64,000 nucleotides of DNA from Macrostomum lignano (lineage: Eukaryota). The position numbers and the translations under genes are program-made. The stretch lies in assembly GCA_002269645.1 (NCBI GenBank), contig NIVC01000725.1, positions 90,213 through 154,212 of the forward strand. The letters are read 5' to 3'. Shown here piece after piece: positions 11,836 to 26,300 of the stretch. Under the pieces are notes generated by a model. That model had not been told where the DNA came from and ran no database searches. It saw only the letters and a list, made by a program, of their open reading frames with translations. Every line of letters starts with the position of its first letter. Within the stretch, counting starts at the first letter, position 1.

Positions 11836-14037
11836 TTATTGCTGCTCCTGCTCCTGTTGCTTCTGCTTCTTCAGATAAGCATCGTACTGATTGACAGCCT
11901 TCTGCATCATGGACAGGAAGCCGGGCACGCCGGTCTTGGCGCCCCAATTAATCAGCATAGTGGGTATTGAGCCGCGAGGGTCGTCATAGTACTGCATGTA
12001 AGCTGGAATTGTTTGTTTTAAACCATGATAGTTAAACCATGTCTACACCCAACTACTCAAACCTCATAGATCCGGAATCCATAAATTGTAACATAATCTC
12101 AAATCTCAAATCCGAAATCCATAAATCTCAAATTCATAAATTCCGGATGCATATATTGTATCTCGAATCAATAAATTCCAAATCCATAAATATCGAATCA
12201 ATAAATTCCAAATCCATAAATTTCGAATTCATAAATCCCAAACTCATAAATCCCGAATCCGTAAATCCCAAATTAAAAAATCTCGAATTCATAAATCTCA
12301 AATTTATAAATCCCGAATCCATCAATCTTCAATTCATAAATCCCAAATCCATAAACTCCAAATTCATTTAAAATCTCAAATTCATAAATCACGAATTAAA
12401 CAATCCTGAAACTATAAATCCTGAATTCATAAATCCCGAATCCATAAATCCTGAATCCATAAATCCCGAATCCATAAAATCCCAAATCCGAAAATCCCGA
12501 ATTCATAAATCCCAAATCCACAAAACCCGAATCCATACTTCCCAAATCCATAATTAATCTCAAACCCATAAATCCCAAATCCATGAATTCTAAACTCACC
12601 CCTAGTGCCGCCCTGTCCATCCATCCACTTCTCGGTCGTCGCCCTCCTGTAGCAGCACTTTGAGCTCATTCACGTACGAGTCCCAGGTGCGGCGATAATC
12701 CAGATCGCGGTACACCTGCGGCAGTGCGGATATGCAGAAGTTTTTGTTATAATCGATATGCTGGCCTGGCAACTGAGGATCTGAGAGGCTGGCTCAGCAA
12801 ATGAGGATCTGGGTGGCTGGCTCAGCAACTGAGGATCTAAGAGGCTGGCTCAGCAACTGAGGATCTGGGAGGCTGGCCTAGCAACTGAGGATCTGGGAGG
12901 GTGGCTCAGCAACTGAGGATCTGGGAGGGTGGCTCAGCAACTGAGGATCTGAGAGGCTGGCCAAGAAACTGAGGATCTGGGATACTGGCTCAGCAACTGA
13001 GGATCTGGGAGGCTGGCCCAGCAACTGAGGATCTGGGAGGGTGGCTCAGCAACTGAGGATCTGAGAGGCTGGCCAAGAAACTGAGGATCTGGGATGCTGG
13101 CTCAGCAACTGAGGATCTGGGAGGGTGGCTCAGCAACTGAGGATCTGGGAGGGTGGCTCAGCAACTGAGGATCTGTGAGGCTGGCTCAGCAACTGAGGAT
13201 CTGAGAGGCTGGCCAAGAAACTGAGGATCTGGGATGCTGGCTCAGCAACTGAGGATCTGGGAGGGTGGCCAAGAAACTGAGGATCTGGGATGCTGGCTCA
13301 GCAACTGAGGATCTGGGAGGGTGGCTCAGCAACTGAGGATCTGAGAGGCTGGCCAAGAAACTGAGGATCTGGGATGCTGGCTCAGCAACTGAGGATCTGG
13401 GAGGCTGGCCCAGCAACTGAGGATCTGGGATGCTGGCTCAGCAACTGAGGATCTGGGAGGCTGGCCTAGCAAATGAGGATCTGGGTGGCTGGCTCAGTAA
13501 CTGAGGATCTGAGAGGCTGGCCAAGAAACTGAGGATCTGGGAGGCTGGCTCAGTAACTGAGGATCTGGGATGCTGGCTCAGTAACTGAGGATCTGGGATG
13601 CTGGCTCAGCAACTGAGGATCTGGGAGGCTGGCTCAGTAACTGAGGATCTGGGATGCTGGCTCAGCAACTGAGGATCTGGGAGGCTGGCTCAGTAACTGA
13701 GGATCTGGGATGCTGGCTCAGTAACTGAGGATCTGGGATGCTGGCCCTACCATTGGGAATCTGGGAGGCTAGCGATGGCCCAGCAACTGGTGATCTGGGA
13801 GGCTGGCCCAGCAACTGAGGATCTGTAGAGTGCCCCACCAACCTGGGCGCAGAGCTCTGGCGCGGCCCCGTGCAGGAAGCCGTATATCTTGTACTTGTAC
13901 AAGCCGGAAGTGGAATTGTACTGCCGGAAGATGCGCACATCGTGACTCTCGGTGAAAAACTCAAACCCATCCGTGTTTTCAACCTCCAATTGTTGGCAAG
14001 CGTCGACAAACTCCTGGTCAGGGAATGGCTGCAGCAT
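11836..14037 (-). CDS. PCTP: START-domain phosphatidylcholine transfer protein (PCTP/STARD2-like); central exon(s) absent from this sequence
   Basis: Exon 14037-13843 (MLQPFPDQEFVDACQQL...GLYKYKIYGFL), exon 12715-12629 (VYRDLDYRRTWDSYVNEL), last exon 12002-11836 (YMQYYDDPRGSIPTMLINWGAKTGVPGFL). These match the PCTP N- and C-terminal parts, but the last junction is out of phase. Confidence 0.85.
12060..12592. repeat. Degenerate ~15-bp minisatellite (ATAAATCCCGAATCC) in PCTP intron
   Basis: Direct reading. Confidence 0.85.
12765..13826. repeat. 28-bp minisatellite family A (GCAACTGAGGATCTGGGAGGCTGGCCCA), copy 1, PCTP intron
   Basis: Direct reading; array of ~1.06 kb. Confidence 0.95.
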
Positions 14038-14104
14038 TTTGGAGTAATGCAGTCTGGTTGCTGGAATGCAAGTAACAAAGAATGCTTGCGACATTGAATT
14101 TCGA

Positions 14105-14530
14105 TGACGATGGGAATCTGGGATGCAGAGATGACTCAAGAAGATGAGGATCCGGGATGCAAAGATGACTCAAGATGATGAGGATCCGGGATGCAAAGAT
14201 GACTCCAAATTATGAGCATCCGGGATGCAAAGATGACTCAAGATGATGAGAATCCGGGATGCAAAGATGACTGAAGATGATGAAGATCCGGGATGCAGAG
14301 ATGACTCAAGAAGATAAGGATCCGGGATGCAAAGATGACTTAAGATGAGGATCCAGGATGCAAAGATGACTCAAGAAGATGAGGATCCGGGATGCAGAGA
14401 TGACTCAAGAAGATAAGGATCCGGGATGCAGAGATGACTCAAGAAGATGAGGATCCAAGATGCAAAGATGACTCAAGAAGATGAGGATCCGGGATGCAAA
14501 GATGACTGAAGATGATAAGGATCCGGGAGA
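14105..14530. repeat. 31/34-bp minisatellite (GATGACTCAAGAAGATGAGGATCCGGGATGCAAA) upstream of the PCTP start codon
   Basis: Direct reading; shares GAGGATC.GGGATGC with family A variants. Confidence 0.9.
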
Positions 14531-15029
14531 CAAAGATCAAGAAATTCCCAGAAGTGCTCATCAATAAATAAAAGCGTGCCATCAGTTAATAACAAAACGA
14601 ACATAATCCTTTTTTCTGCTTTGCAGCTTTTAGAAGGCAACCAATTCTCGTAGCCGAAGCAGAACCAAACCACAAGAAAAACATATATAACATTACAGCA
14701 ATTTAAACAAAAACAAGAATCGGTATTTGCTTTGATTAATACATTTTACAAATCCATTACTATACATGCAATGTACATGCAGGATATACTTGCACAGAAA
14801 CATTTAGACTAAGCAATCTATAAAGAAATACTTCACCTTACCTCTGAAAGCAGTAGATTGATACAGGAATAATTTATGAACAATAAGATTATAATAAACG
14901 TGTGCATAGAGCAGTCTGGTGTACTTAAACAAAGACTTGAATTGAGAAAAAGCAAATTGATAAGTAATAGCACATGCTATTGTTGCAGCAACTAAGAAAA
15001 TCTCTAATTCTCTGCTTTAAAATCGTCTC

Positions 15030-15790
15030 TACTTTGCTCACATTGTCACTCTGTACCTTACTCACATTGTCACTCTGTACCTTACTCACATTGTCACTCT
15101 GTACCTTACTTACACTGTTACTCTGTGCCCTACTCACATTGTCACTCTGTGCCTACTTACATTGTCACTCTGTACCTACTCACATTGTCACTCTGTACCT
15201 TACTCACATTGTCACTCTGTACCTTACTCACATTGTCACTCTGTACCTTACTTACACTGTTACTCTGTGCCCTACTCACATTGTCACTCTGTGCCTACTT
15301 ACATTGTCACTCTGTACCTACTCACATTGTCACTCTGTACCTTACTCACATTGTCACTCTGTACCTTACTCACATTGTCACTCTGTACCCTACTCACATT
15401 GTCACTCTGTGCCCTACTCACATTGTCACTCTGTGCCTACTTACATTGCCACTCTGTACCTACTCACATTGTCACTCTGTACCTTACTCACATTGTCACT
15501 CTGTACCTTACTCACATTGTCACTCTGTACCCTACTCACATTGTCACTCTGTGCCTTACTCACATTGTCACTCTGTACCTTACTCACATTGTCACTGTGC
15601 CTACTTACATTGTCACTCTGTACCTTACTCACATTGTCACTCTGTGCCTACTTACATTGTCACTCTGTACCTTACTCACATTGTCACTCTGTACCTTACT
15701 CACATTCACTCTACCTTTATCACTTTGTCACTCTGTACCTCATTCACTGTCACTTTCTACCATACTCAAATTGTCACTCTACCTCACAGC
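15030..15790. repeat. 23/24-bp minisatellite (TACTCACATTGTCACTCTGTACCT)
   Basis: Direct reading; period 24 (15061, 15085). Confidence 0.95.
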
Positions 15791-16404
15791 CGTGCAAATT
15801 GAAAGATAAATCGAACGTACTATAACTGATAGTAGTATAATATTAGGTTTACTGCAAAATTGAAACAAAAACGGTAAATATAAAAAACTATCAATCGCGC
15901 TTTTGCGCCTAGTTCAAGCAATTTTTCTGACTGTTGGAGTATTTAGCAATTTGTGAGAAGCAAAATTTATTATTGTAAGTACAACTAGAGTTACAATGAA
16001 ATAAAAAAGTACAATTTGAAGCACAAGAATTTCCACATCCCAATCAACATCTGATTTACATTCGAGAAAAATGATCAGGAATAAACATTAAACGAGATCG
16101 ACAATAATTAAGTTGAGTCATACTGAGATGTTTGAGAAGCACAGCACAGTGCATACAAAAAAGTAAATAAAATAATATTAACTCTAGATCAACAAGGATT
16201 AAAGCTCAACTCAATTCAACAGCTGTTATTGCTTGCTTGAAAATCAACAATGAATATCAAATTTTGGAATTCGTTAAATTAAGCCTGAATTGAGCCAGCC
16301 ATTGTTAGGAAAGTTCAATACGTACATTGCTTTGTTTTACTTGTCTGCATTTTATTCGGGTAATTTTGTTCTTGATTAAACCATAATCAAGCAAGCAGCA
16401 TAGA

Positions 16405-16820
16405 TCATAGACACAAGGCTACACAAAGACCGTAGACAAAATCTATATAGGCACAAATAATAGACAAAAAGACTATATAGACACAAACTATAGACACAAA
16501 GATCATAGACACAAAGTCCATAGACACAAAGACAGACCATCAACACCAAGACCATAGACACAGACTGTAAACACAAAGACAATAGAATTAGAAATAAAGT
16601 CTATAGTTACATAGACACAAAGACTATACAGACACACAGACTATAGACACAAAGATCATGGACACAAAGACTATATAGACCCACAGACTATAGACACAAA
16701 GACCATAGAATTCGAAATAAAGTCTATATAGACACGAAGACCATAGACACAAAGTCTATTTAGACACGAAGACCATAGACACAAAGTCTACTTAGACACA
16801 CATAGACACTACATAGACTC
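16405..16820. repeat. Degenerate ~15-bp repeat (CATAGACACAAAGAC)
   Basis: Direct reading. Confidence 0.8.
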
Positions 16821-16918
16821 GTATGAAAAATACTGGCTACTTGCCTACTGGCACTGCCCTAGAAATGAGTAGACGATATAGCGTACTTCACCGCAATTTA
16901 TTTCAAGCAGTTTAAATA

Positions 16919-19131
<2,213 letters not shown>

Positions 19132-19388
19132 AGACAACTGAGCTGTCAATCAAATCCTTCTCGCGCTATCTACCCTCCTACTTACTACTAAATAGCAGTA
19201 TCGCCAAAAGTTGATTAATCAGCTCGCTAATTCTGACGAGTTCTGGCGCCGAATTCGATTTGACTGGAAAGCGGATTAAGGTGCGATTAACTGCTTTTAT
19301 AAATCTAAGTGCGAGTCACAACTGCGGTAGCAACAGCCCGGCCTACCCTGACACAGAGTTACACTTGACCATAGACGAGAAGCTTTGA

Positions 19389-19411
19389 TGACGTCATTCT
19401 CTATGACGTCA
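19389..19411. promoter_or_regulatory. Two perfect palindromic CRE/ATF sites (TGACGTCA)
   Basis: TGACGTCA at 19389-19396 and 19404-19411, about 260 bp upstream of the SH3BP5-like ATG. Function is not shown by sequence alone. Confidence 0.4.
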
Positions 19412-19689
19412 CACCTGACTTCTACAGCTGTATATATGTATTATAAAGAGTCAATAAATAAAGACACAATACCTTCTGAAAACCAAGAAACGAACAAAAT
19501 TTTTTCCAACCCATATAGTTAATGGATGTACTTGATTTATAGATTGACACAAGTGCGCAACTAATAAATTTTAACAATTTCAATTAAGCAAGTATAGGCA
19601 TCAATACGAATAGAGCTATAAAATAGCATTACAGATGACTAACAGTAAAGTGTAACGAAGTTCTGAAAATTAAAATGCGATCGGATTCG

Positions 19690-20125
19690 AGTTGGAGGGA
19701 TATTTGGGGATTCTAATTGATGGGATATTTAAGGATTCTAAATCTTGGGATATTTGGGGATTCAAATTGATGGGATATTCGAGGATTTTAATTGAAGGGA
19801 TATTTCGGGGATTCTAAAATTAAAGGGATATTTAGAGATTCTAGGAGGAATTGAAGGGATATTTGGGAATCCTAATTGAAGGGATATTTGGGAATTCTAA
19901 TTGGAGGGATATTTGGGAATTCTAATTGAAGGGATATTCGGGGATTCGAATTGAAGGGATATTTGGGAATTCTAATTGAAGGGATATTTGGGAATTCTAA
20001 TTGAAGGGATATTTGGGAATTCTAATTGAAGGGATATTTGGGAATTCTAATTGAAGGGATATTTCGGGGATTCGAATTGAAAGGATAAACGGGGATTCGA
20101 ATTGAAGGGATATTTGGGGATACGA
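19690..20125. repeat. 25-bp minisatellite (AATTGAAGGGATATTTGGGAATTCT)
   Basis: Direct reading; lies between POLR3A and SH3BP5-like. Confidence 0.9.
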
Positions 20126-20358
20126 GTTAAAGGGACTCGAGATAAAGAGATACTTAGGAATTAGGTTTGGAGTGATAATTGAGGATTCTAGCTCGTAGCT
20201 ATAAGCTATAATAATAAAAAATCTAGGATCCCCTTAAAATATATTAAAAGCCAAAAGACTAATCAAGCACATCAGGCATACAGTGGAACTGGATTGCGCT
20301 ATCCATATTAAATACCTATCGATCATAAACTGCAAATAGAAGCAACAATGCCAAAGCA

Positions 20359-23300
20359 TCAAGCGGGATAGGAGTCAAATATGACGGGTCTTCTAGGAGG
20401 CGTCAGCACTGCGGAATCCTGCTGCATGAGCAGCGAGAACAGGCCTGTGCCCAGCCTGGTAGGCTTGCCCAGTATGATTGACTCGGACACGCCGGACAGA
20501 TCGTCCGTCTGTCCGTGATAGGCCGCCTCAAACAGGTGATCGGCAGTCTGCTCAAAGCTGGCCAACATGAGCACGGACTCCTTCAGCTTGGCAATACCGT
20601 GCCGCTGGTTGCCCAACACTTCGCCCTGCTGAGTCATCAGATCCGCCAGCAGGTTCACGTGCCGGGTGTCCACTTCGACACCGTGGCCGGCCATAACGTC
20701 TAGCATCTCGCGGACTAGCGTGGCCCTGGCCGACTCGATTCCCAGCACGCTGGCCATCTCCAAGACGCTGTTGGACTGGGTTCGACAGCCGTCAACTCCG
20801 GGGATGCAGAGCACCGGAGCCAGCTGGCTGCCTTCAACGAACAGAGTGTAATCCGAGTCGCGATTATCCCGGTGGATGATGGCCCGAGTGACGCTGGACA
20901 GGCCGCGGACGATCACCGATTCCAGGTTGGCGCGCAGGTGCCGGATTGTGGACACGTCCTCCGGGTACACTGCCAGCTGGTCTGCGCCTACAGGGCAGGG
21001 ATGGCGCTGGTAGTTAGGGGGGAGCTGGCTGTCTGTCTGTCTGCCTGTCTGTGTCTGTCTGTCTGTGTCTGTCTCTCTGTCTGCCTGTCTGTGTCTGCCT
21101 GCCTCAGTATCATTCTGTCTGTCTGTGTCTGTCTATTTGTCTGTCTTAGAGCCTGACTGTCTGCCTGTCTGTGACTGTCTGTCTGTGTCTGCCTGCCTTA
21201 GTATCATTCTGTTTGTCTGTGTCTGTCTGTCTGTCTGTCTGTCTACCTTGAGGTGTTTATCTACCTATCTGTCTGGCAATTGAGTGTTTGTCTACCATGT
21301 GCGTCAATTTGTGTTGATGTTTGCTCCTTTCTACCTGTCTGTCTGTCTGTCTGTCTGTCTGTGCGTTTCTAAAAATGCTAGCAACTCTTTAATGAGGTAC
21401 TCACCGATCATATCAACGCCTTTAATTTTATACCCGCCCAGCTTGGCGGACACAATAGCAGCTCCAATAGCTTTAGGCGTAGTTCGCAGCTTCAATATAG
21501 CCAATCGTTGCAAGTCCAGCTTCAATCTAATGCTAACCTCGTCCGGTTCGATGCACTCGCTAATGCTCAGACAGATCTCGGACAGCCTGGTAGGCTCTAT
21601 ACAAGCTTTTATTCGTCTAGCTTGGCCCTCGTCTCTAGCAGCCTCGGGCGTCAATCTGGCCGTTATAATTGGAGTAGAAATCGCTCTAATGGCATTAATC
21701 AGCTCGCGAATTCGTGGCACACCCTGGGTAATGTTCATACTAGCCACGCCGGCAAAGTGAAACGTTTTCAACGTCATCTGGGTGGCCGGCTCGCCGATGC
21801 TCTGAGCGCACAGGGCGCCAACCGGGGTCCCGGGTTCGATTAGGGCGCGCCGGTGCTTGGCGCGGCACAAATCTACGTAGATCTGATGCCAAGGCTCTTT
21901 GGCGAGACGGCGACGCTTAGCGCAAGCCTCCATGCCGGCTTTGTAAGCGGCTGAGAGTGGAGACAGATTCCTACTGCTACTATTGAGCTCAGCTTCTGTC
22001 TGCTGATCTGGCAACAGGGGGCAGCTGATGCCAGCGCTACTCATTGCGGAGCCGCTGCTTGTCTTGGCCAGATGCAAAGTACGAGCCAGATCGGCGAGAC
22101 GATCGAAATCGACTGGATGGCTGAAATGCGAGGAGTGAGTTGAAGGATGAATTAGGCAAATTAGTAGCATGTTTTACTGTGTTGGGGAGTGGCCGTGCAA
22201 GCCGAGAGGGGCGCAGAGGCAGAGAAGTATAGGGGAGATGTGGAAGAGGAGAGAAAAGAGAGGAAGAGAGGGGAAAGGAGAAGGGGAGAGGGAGAAGGGA
22301 GAGGAGAAAAGAGGGGAGGGTAGAGGGGAGAGGTAGACAGAAAGAGGGGAGAGGAGAGAGAAGAGAGTGAGAGGGGAGAAGAGAAGAGAGAGAGAGAGGG
22401 GGGAGAGGAGAAGAGGGAGAGGGGAGAGAGGGGAGAGGAGAAGAGAGAGAGGGGAGAGAAGAGAGGGAGAGGGGAGAGAGGGGTGAAGAGAAGAGAGAGA
22501 GAGGGGAGAGGAGAAGAGAGGGAGAGGGGAAAGGAGAAGAGAGGGAGAGGGGAAAGGAGAAGAGAGGGAGAGGGGAGAGAGGAGAAGAGAGAGAGAGGGG
22601 AGAGGAGAAGAGAGGGAGAGGGGAAAGGAGAAGAGAGGGAGAGGGGAGAAGAGAAGAGAGAGAGAGGGGGGAGAGGAGAAGAGGGAGAGGGGAGAGAGGG
22701 GAGAGGAGAAGAGAGAGAGAGGGGAGAGGAGAAGAGAGGGAGAGGGGAGAGAGGGGTGAAGAGAAGAGAGAGAGAGGGGAGAGGAGAAGAGAGGGAGAGG
22801 GGAAAGGAGAAGAGAGGGAGAGGGGAAAGGAGAAGAGAGGGAGAGGGGAGAGAGGAGAAGAGAGAGAGGGGAGAGGAGAAGAGAGGGAGAGGGGAAAGGA
22901 GAAGAGAGGGAGAGGGGAGAGAGGGGAGATGAGAAGAGAGTGAGAGGGGTGTAGAGAAGAGAGAGAGGGGGGAGAGGAGAAGAGGGAGAGGGTAGAGGAG
23001 AAGGGAGGGAGAGGGGAGAGGAGAAGAGAGGGAGAGGGAGAGAGGGGAGAGGAGAAGAGAGAGAGAGGGGAGAGGAGAAGAGGGAGAGAGGGGAGAGGAG
23101 AAGAGGGAGAGAGGGGAGAGGAGAAGAGAGGGAGAGGGGAGAAAAGAAGAGAGGGAGAGGGGAGAGAGAGGAGAGGAGAAGAGAGGGAGAGGGGTGAAAA
23201 GAAGAGAAGGAGAGGGGAGAGAGGGGTGAAGAGAAGAGAGTGAGAGGGGAGAAGAGAAGCGGAGAGGGGAGAAGAGAAGAGATTGGAGAGATGATAGAGA

Positions 23301-26300
23301 AAGAAGGAGCTACAAACAGTGTGAATAAAAGAGAGAATAAGACAGATGCAAAGACCAGAAATAGACATTAGAAGCCAGAAAGACAGACAAGCAAAGGCCA
23401 ATAAATCTCCGAGATAATAATTAGCACACAGCCAATAAATGAGGCATAGCAACGCACTGCTCCGCCCACCTCTTGGCCTCCATCTCCATGGGGTCGAAGC
23501 CGTCGCCGCCGTAGGCAAACTGGACAACCTCGCCGCGGGCGCCGCGCACCGTGCCATCGTAGTGACAGCACAGATCTTCCAGCGCTTTCATCAGGCGGCG
23601 CTGCATGTAGCCAGTGTCGGCAGTTTTCACCGCCGTGTCAACCAGGCCCTCCCGGCCGCTCATAGTGTGAAAGAAGAACTCAGTAGGACTCAAACCACTA
23701 AAGAAGCTATTCTCAACGAAGCCTTTCGCTTGCGGCAGCAGACTGCGCCGAGGAAAATGCGGCAACGAGCGGCCTTCGAAACCGTCCGGGGTTCGCTTGC
23801 CGCTGATGATCTGCTGGCCAACGCAGGCCACCATCTGGCTGACGTTGAGAAATGAGCCCTTGCTGCCGCAGTGGGCCATCACTAGTGGCGCGCTGGCCGG
23901 GTGCAGGTCGCGGCGGCAGGCCTACCGAGAGTGGGGGGAGGGATCAAGAGAAGATGACGAAATTTAAAGCTAAGGAAATTAATTAGCGAAACTGCCTACT
24001 AAAAGTAATAAAATAAAACTGAACACAGACACATACAGACACCGTAGACACATACAGACACCGTAGACACATACAGACACTGTAGAGACACATACAGACA
24101 CTGTAGAGACACATACAGACACTGTAGAGACACATACAGACACCGTAGACACATACAGACACCGTAGACACATACAGACACCGTAGACACATACAGACAC
24201 TGTAGAGAGACATACAGACACAATAAAGACACGAAGACCGACAAACGTAAGGACATGCAGAATGGGCTCAGAAAGACAAAACAAAGGACACAGACAGACA
24301 GACAGACAGACAGACAGTCAGACAGACAGACAGTCAGACAGACAGACAGACAGACAGACAGGCCAGCCGCCACTCACCTTGCCAGCCTCGTCGCGAATGT
24401 CAGACAGCTGTTTGCTCACGGCATTCTCAAGCGTCTGCTGGCCAGAGCAGCCGGGCTGAGTTGGCAGAGTGCCAGCCTCGTACTGGCGGATCAGCTCGCG
24501 GCAACGATCGAAGCCGAAGCGAACCAGGCCGGCCTTGGCTTCGAGCAGTCGTGGGCCGGGCGTGACGTCGCCAAGGCCGATGCTGAAGCCGCGATGCGAC
24601 AAGTAGGCGGGGATCAGTCTGGTCAGCCTAGCCAGAACCGTGGCGCAGGCATCGCCGCCGAAATCGCGCAGCAGCAGGTAGACCAGATTCTCCTTGCTGC
24701 CCGAGCCGATGATTTTCTTGTCAACTCGACCGGCGAGCAGTTCGCCGGAGCGGACCAGCACGTAGCCGTCGTTGGTGCAGAATTCTTCGCCGTCAGTGTA
24801 GATGGCTTTGGTTTTGGTGGCCAGGTTTATCGGGTACGGGTGCAGAATGCAGGAGAATATCTGCTTGCCGGACCACAGCTCCACTGGCTTGCAGATGGCT
24901 GGCGAGTGAGGTAGGAGGTGGATTCTGAGTCTGCACTTTTCGTCAGCTGGCGGAAGTTGACCCAGCAACTGCATGAGGATCTGGGAGAGCGGCCATGGCC
25001 CAGCAACTGAGGATCTGGGTGGCTGGCTCAGCAACTGATGATCTGGGTGGCTGGCTCAGCAACTGAGGATCTGGGGATCTAGCAATTGAGGATCTGGATG
25101 GCTGGCTCAGCAACTGAGGATCTGGATGGCTGGCTCAGCAACTGAGGATCTGGGTGGCTGGCTCAGCAACTGAGGATCTGGGTGGCTGGCTCAGCAACTG
25201 ATGATCTGGGTGGCTGGCTCAGCAACTGAGGATCTGGGTGGCTGGCTCAGCAACTGAGGATCTGGGTGGCTGGCTCAGCAACTGAGGATCTGGGCGGCTG
25301 GCTCGGCAACTGATGATCTGGGTGGCTGGCTCAGCAACTGAGGATCTGGGTGGCTGGCTCAGCAACTGAGGATCTGGATGGCTGGCTCAGCAACTGAGGA
25401 TCTGGGGATCTAGCAACTGAGGATCTGGATGGCTGGCTCAGCAACTGATGATCTGGGCGGCTGGCTCAGCAACTGATGATCTGGGCGGCTGGCTCAGCAA
25501 CTGATGATCTGGGTGGCTGGCTCAGCAACTGATGATCTGGGCGGCTGGCTCAGCAACTGAGGATCTGGGAGGCTGGCCCAGCAACTGAGGATCTGGGAGG
25601 CTGGCACAGCAACTGAGGATCTGGGAGGCTGTCACAGCAACTGAGGATCTGGGAGGCTGGCCCAGCAACTGATGGTGCGTACCTGGCGGAGGCAGCCTAA
25701 CAGACAGGTGCTTTTCCTGAGGCGGCCGGCTTTGAACAAGCAGCTGAGCAGCCCGGTCCCTGTTGAAGAACACATCCTTGCAGGTGATTAGGTAGGCCCC
25801 GGTGATGAAGTCCTGAATAGCAGCAATCAGCGGCTCTCCATTCCGAGGTGTGCTCATATTCTTAACTGAGGCCATGAGCTGCTTGGCCTCGGCGCGAGCC
25901 TCCTCAGTCTGCGGCACGTGCAAATTCATCTCGTCGCCGTCGAAATCGGCATTAAAAGGAGTGCAGCAGCACTCGTTGAAGCGCAGGGTTCGGTAGGGCT
26001 TCACAGAGACTCTGAAGGCCTGGAGGTTATTTGGTAGAATGGGTGATTCTGTACGGGATTTTGAGGTAATTTAATGGCAATTCTCAATTCCAAGTTAATG
26101 CGCTGTGAGAGGGATTTCTTTGAGGGTTGTGAGGGCGATTCTGTAAGGATTGTGAGGGCGATTCTGTAAGGATTGTGAGGGCGATTCTGTAAGGGTTGTG
26201 AGGGCAATTACTTAAGGATTGTGAGGGCGATTCTGTAAGGATTGTGAGGGCGATTCTGTAAGGATTGTGAGGGCGATTCTGTAAGGGTTGTGAGGGCAAT

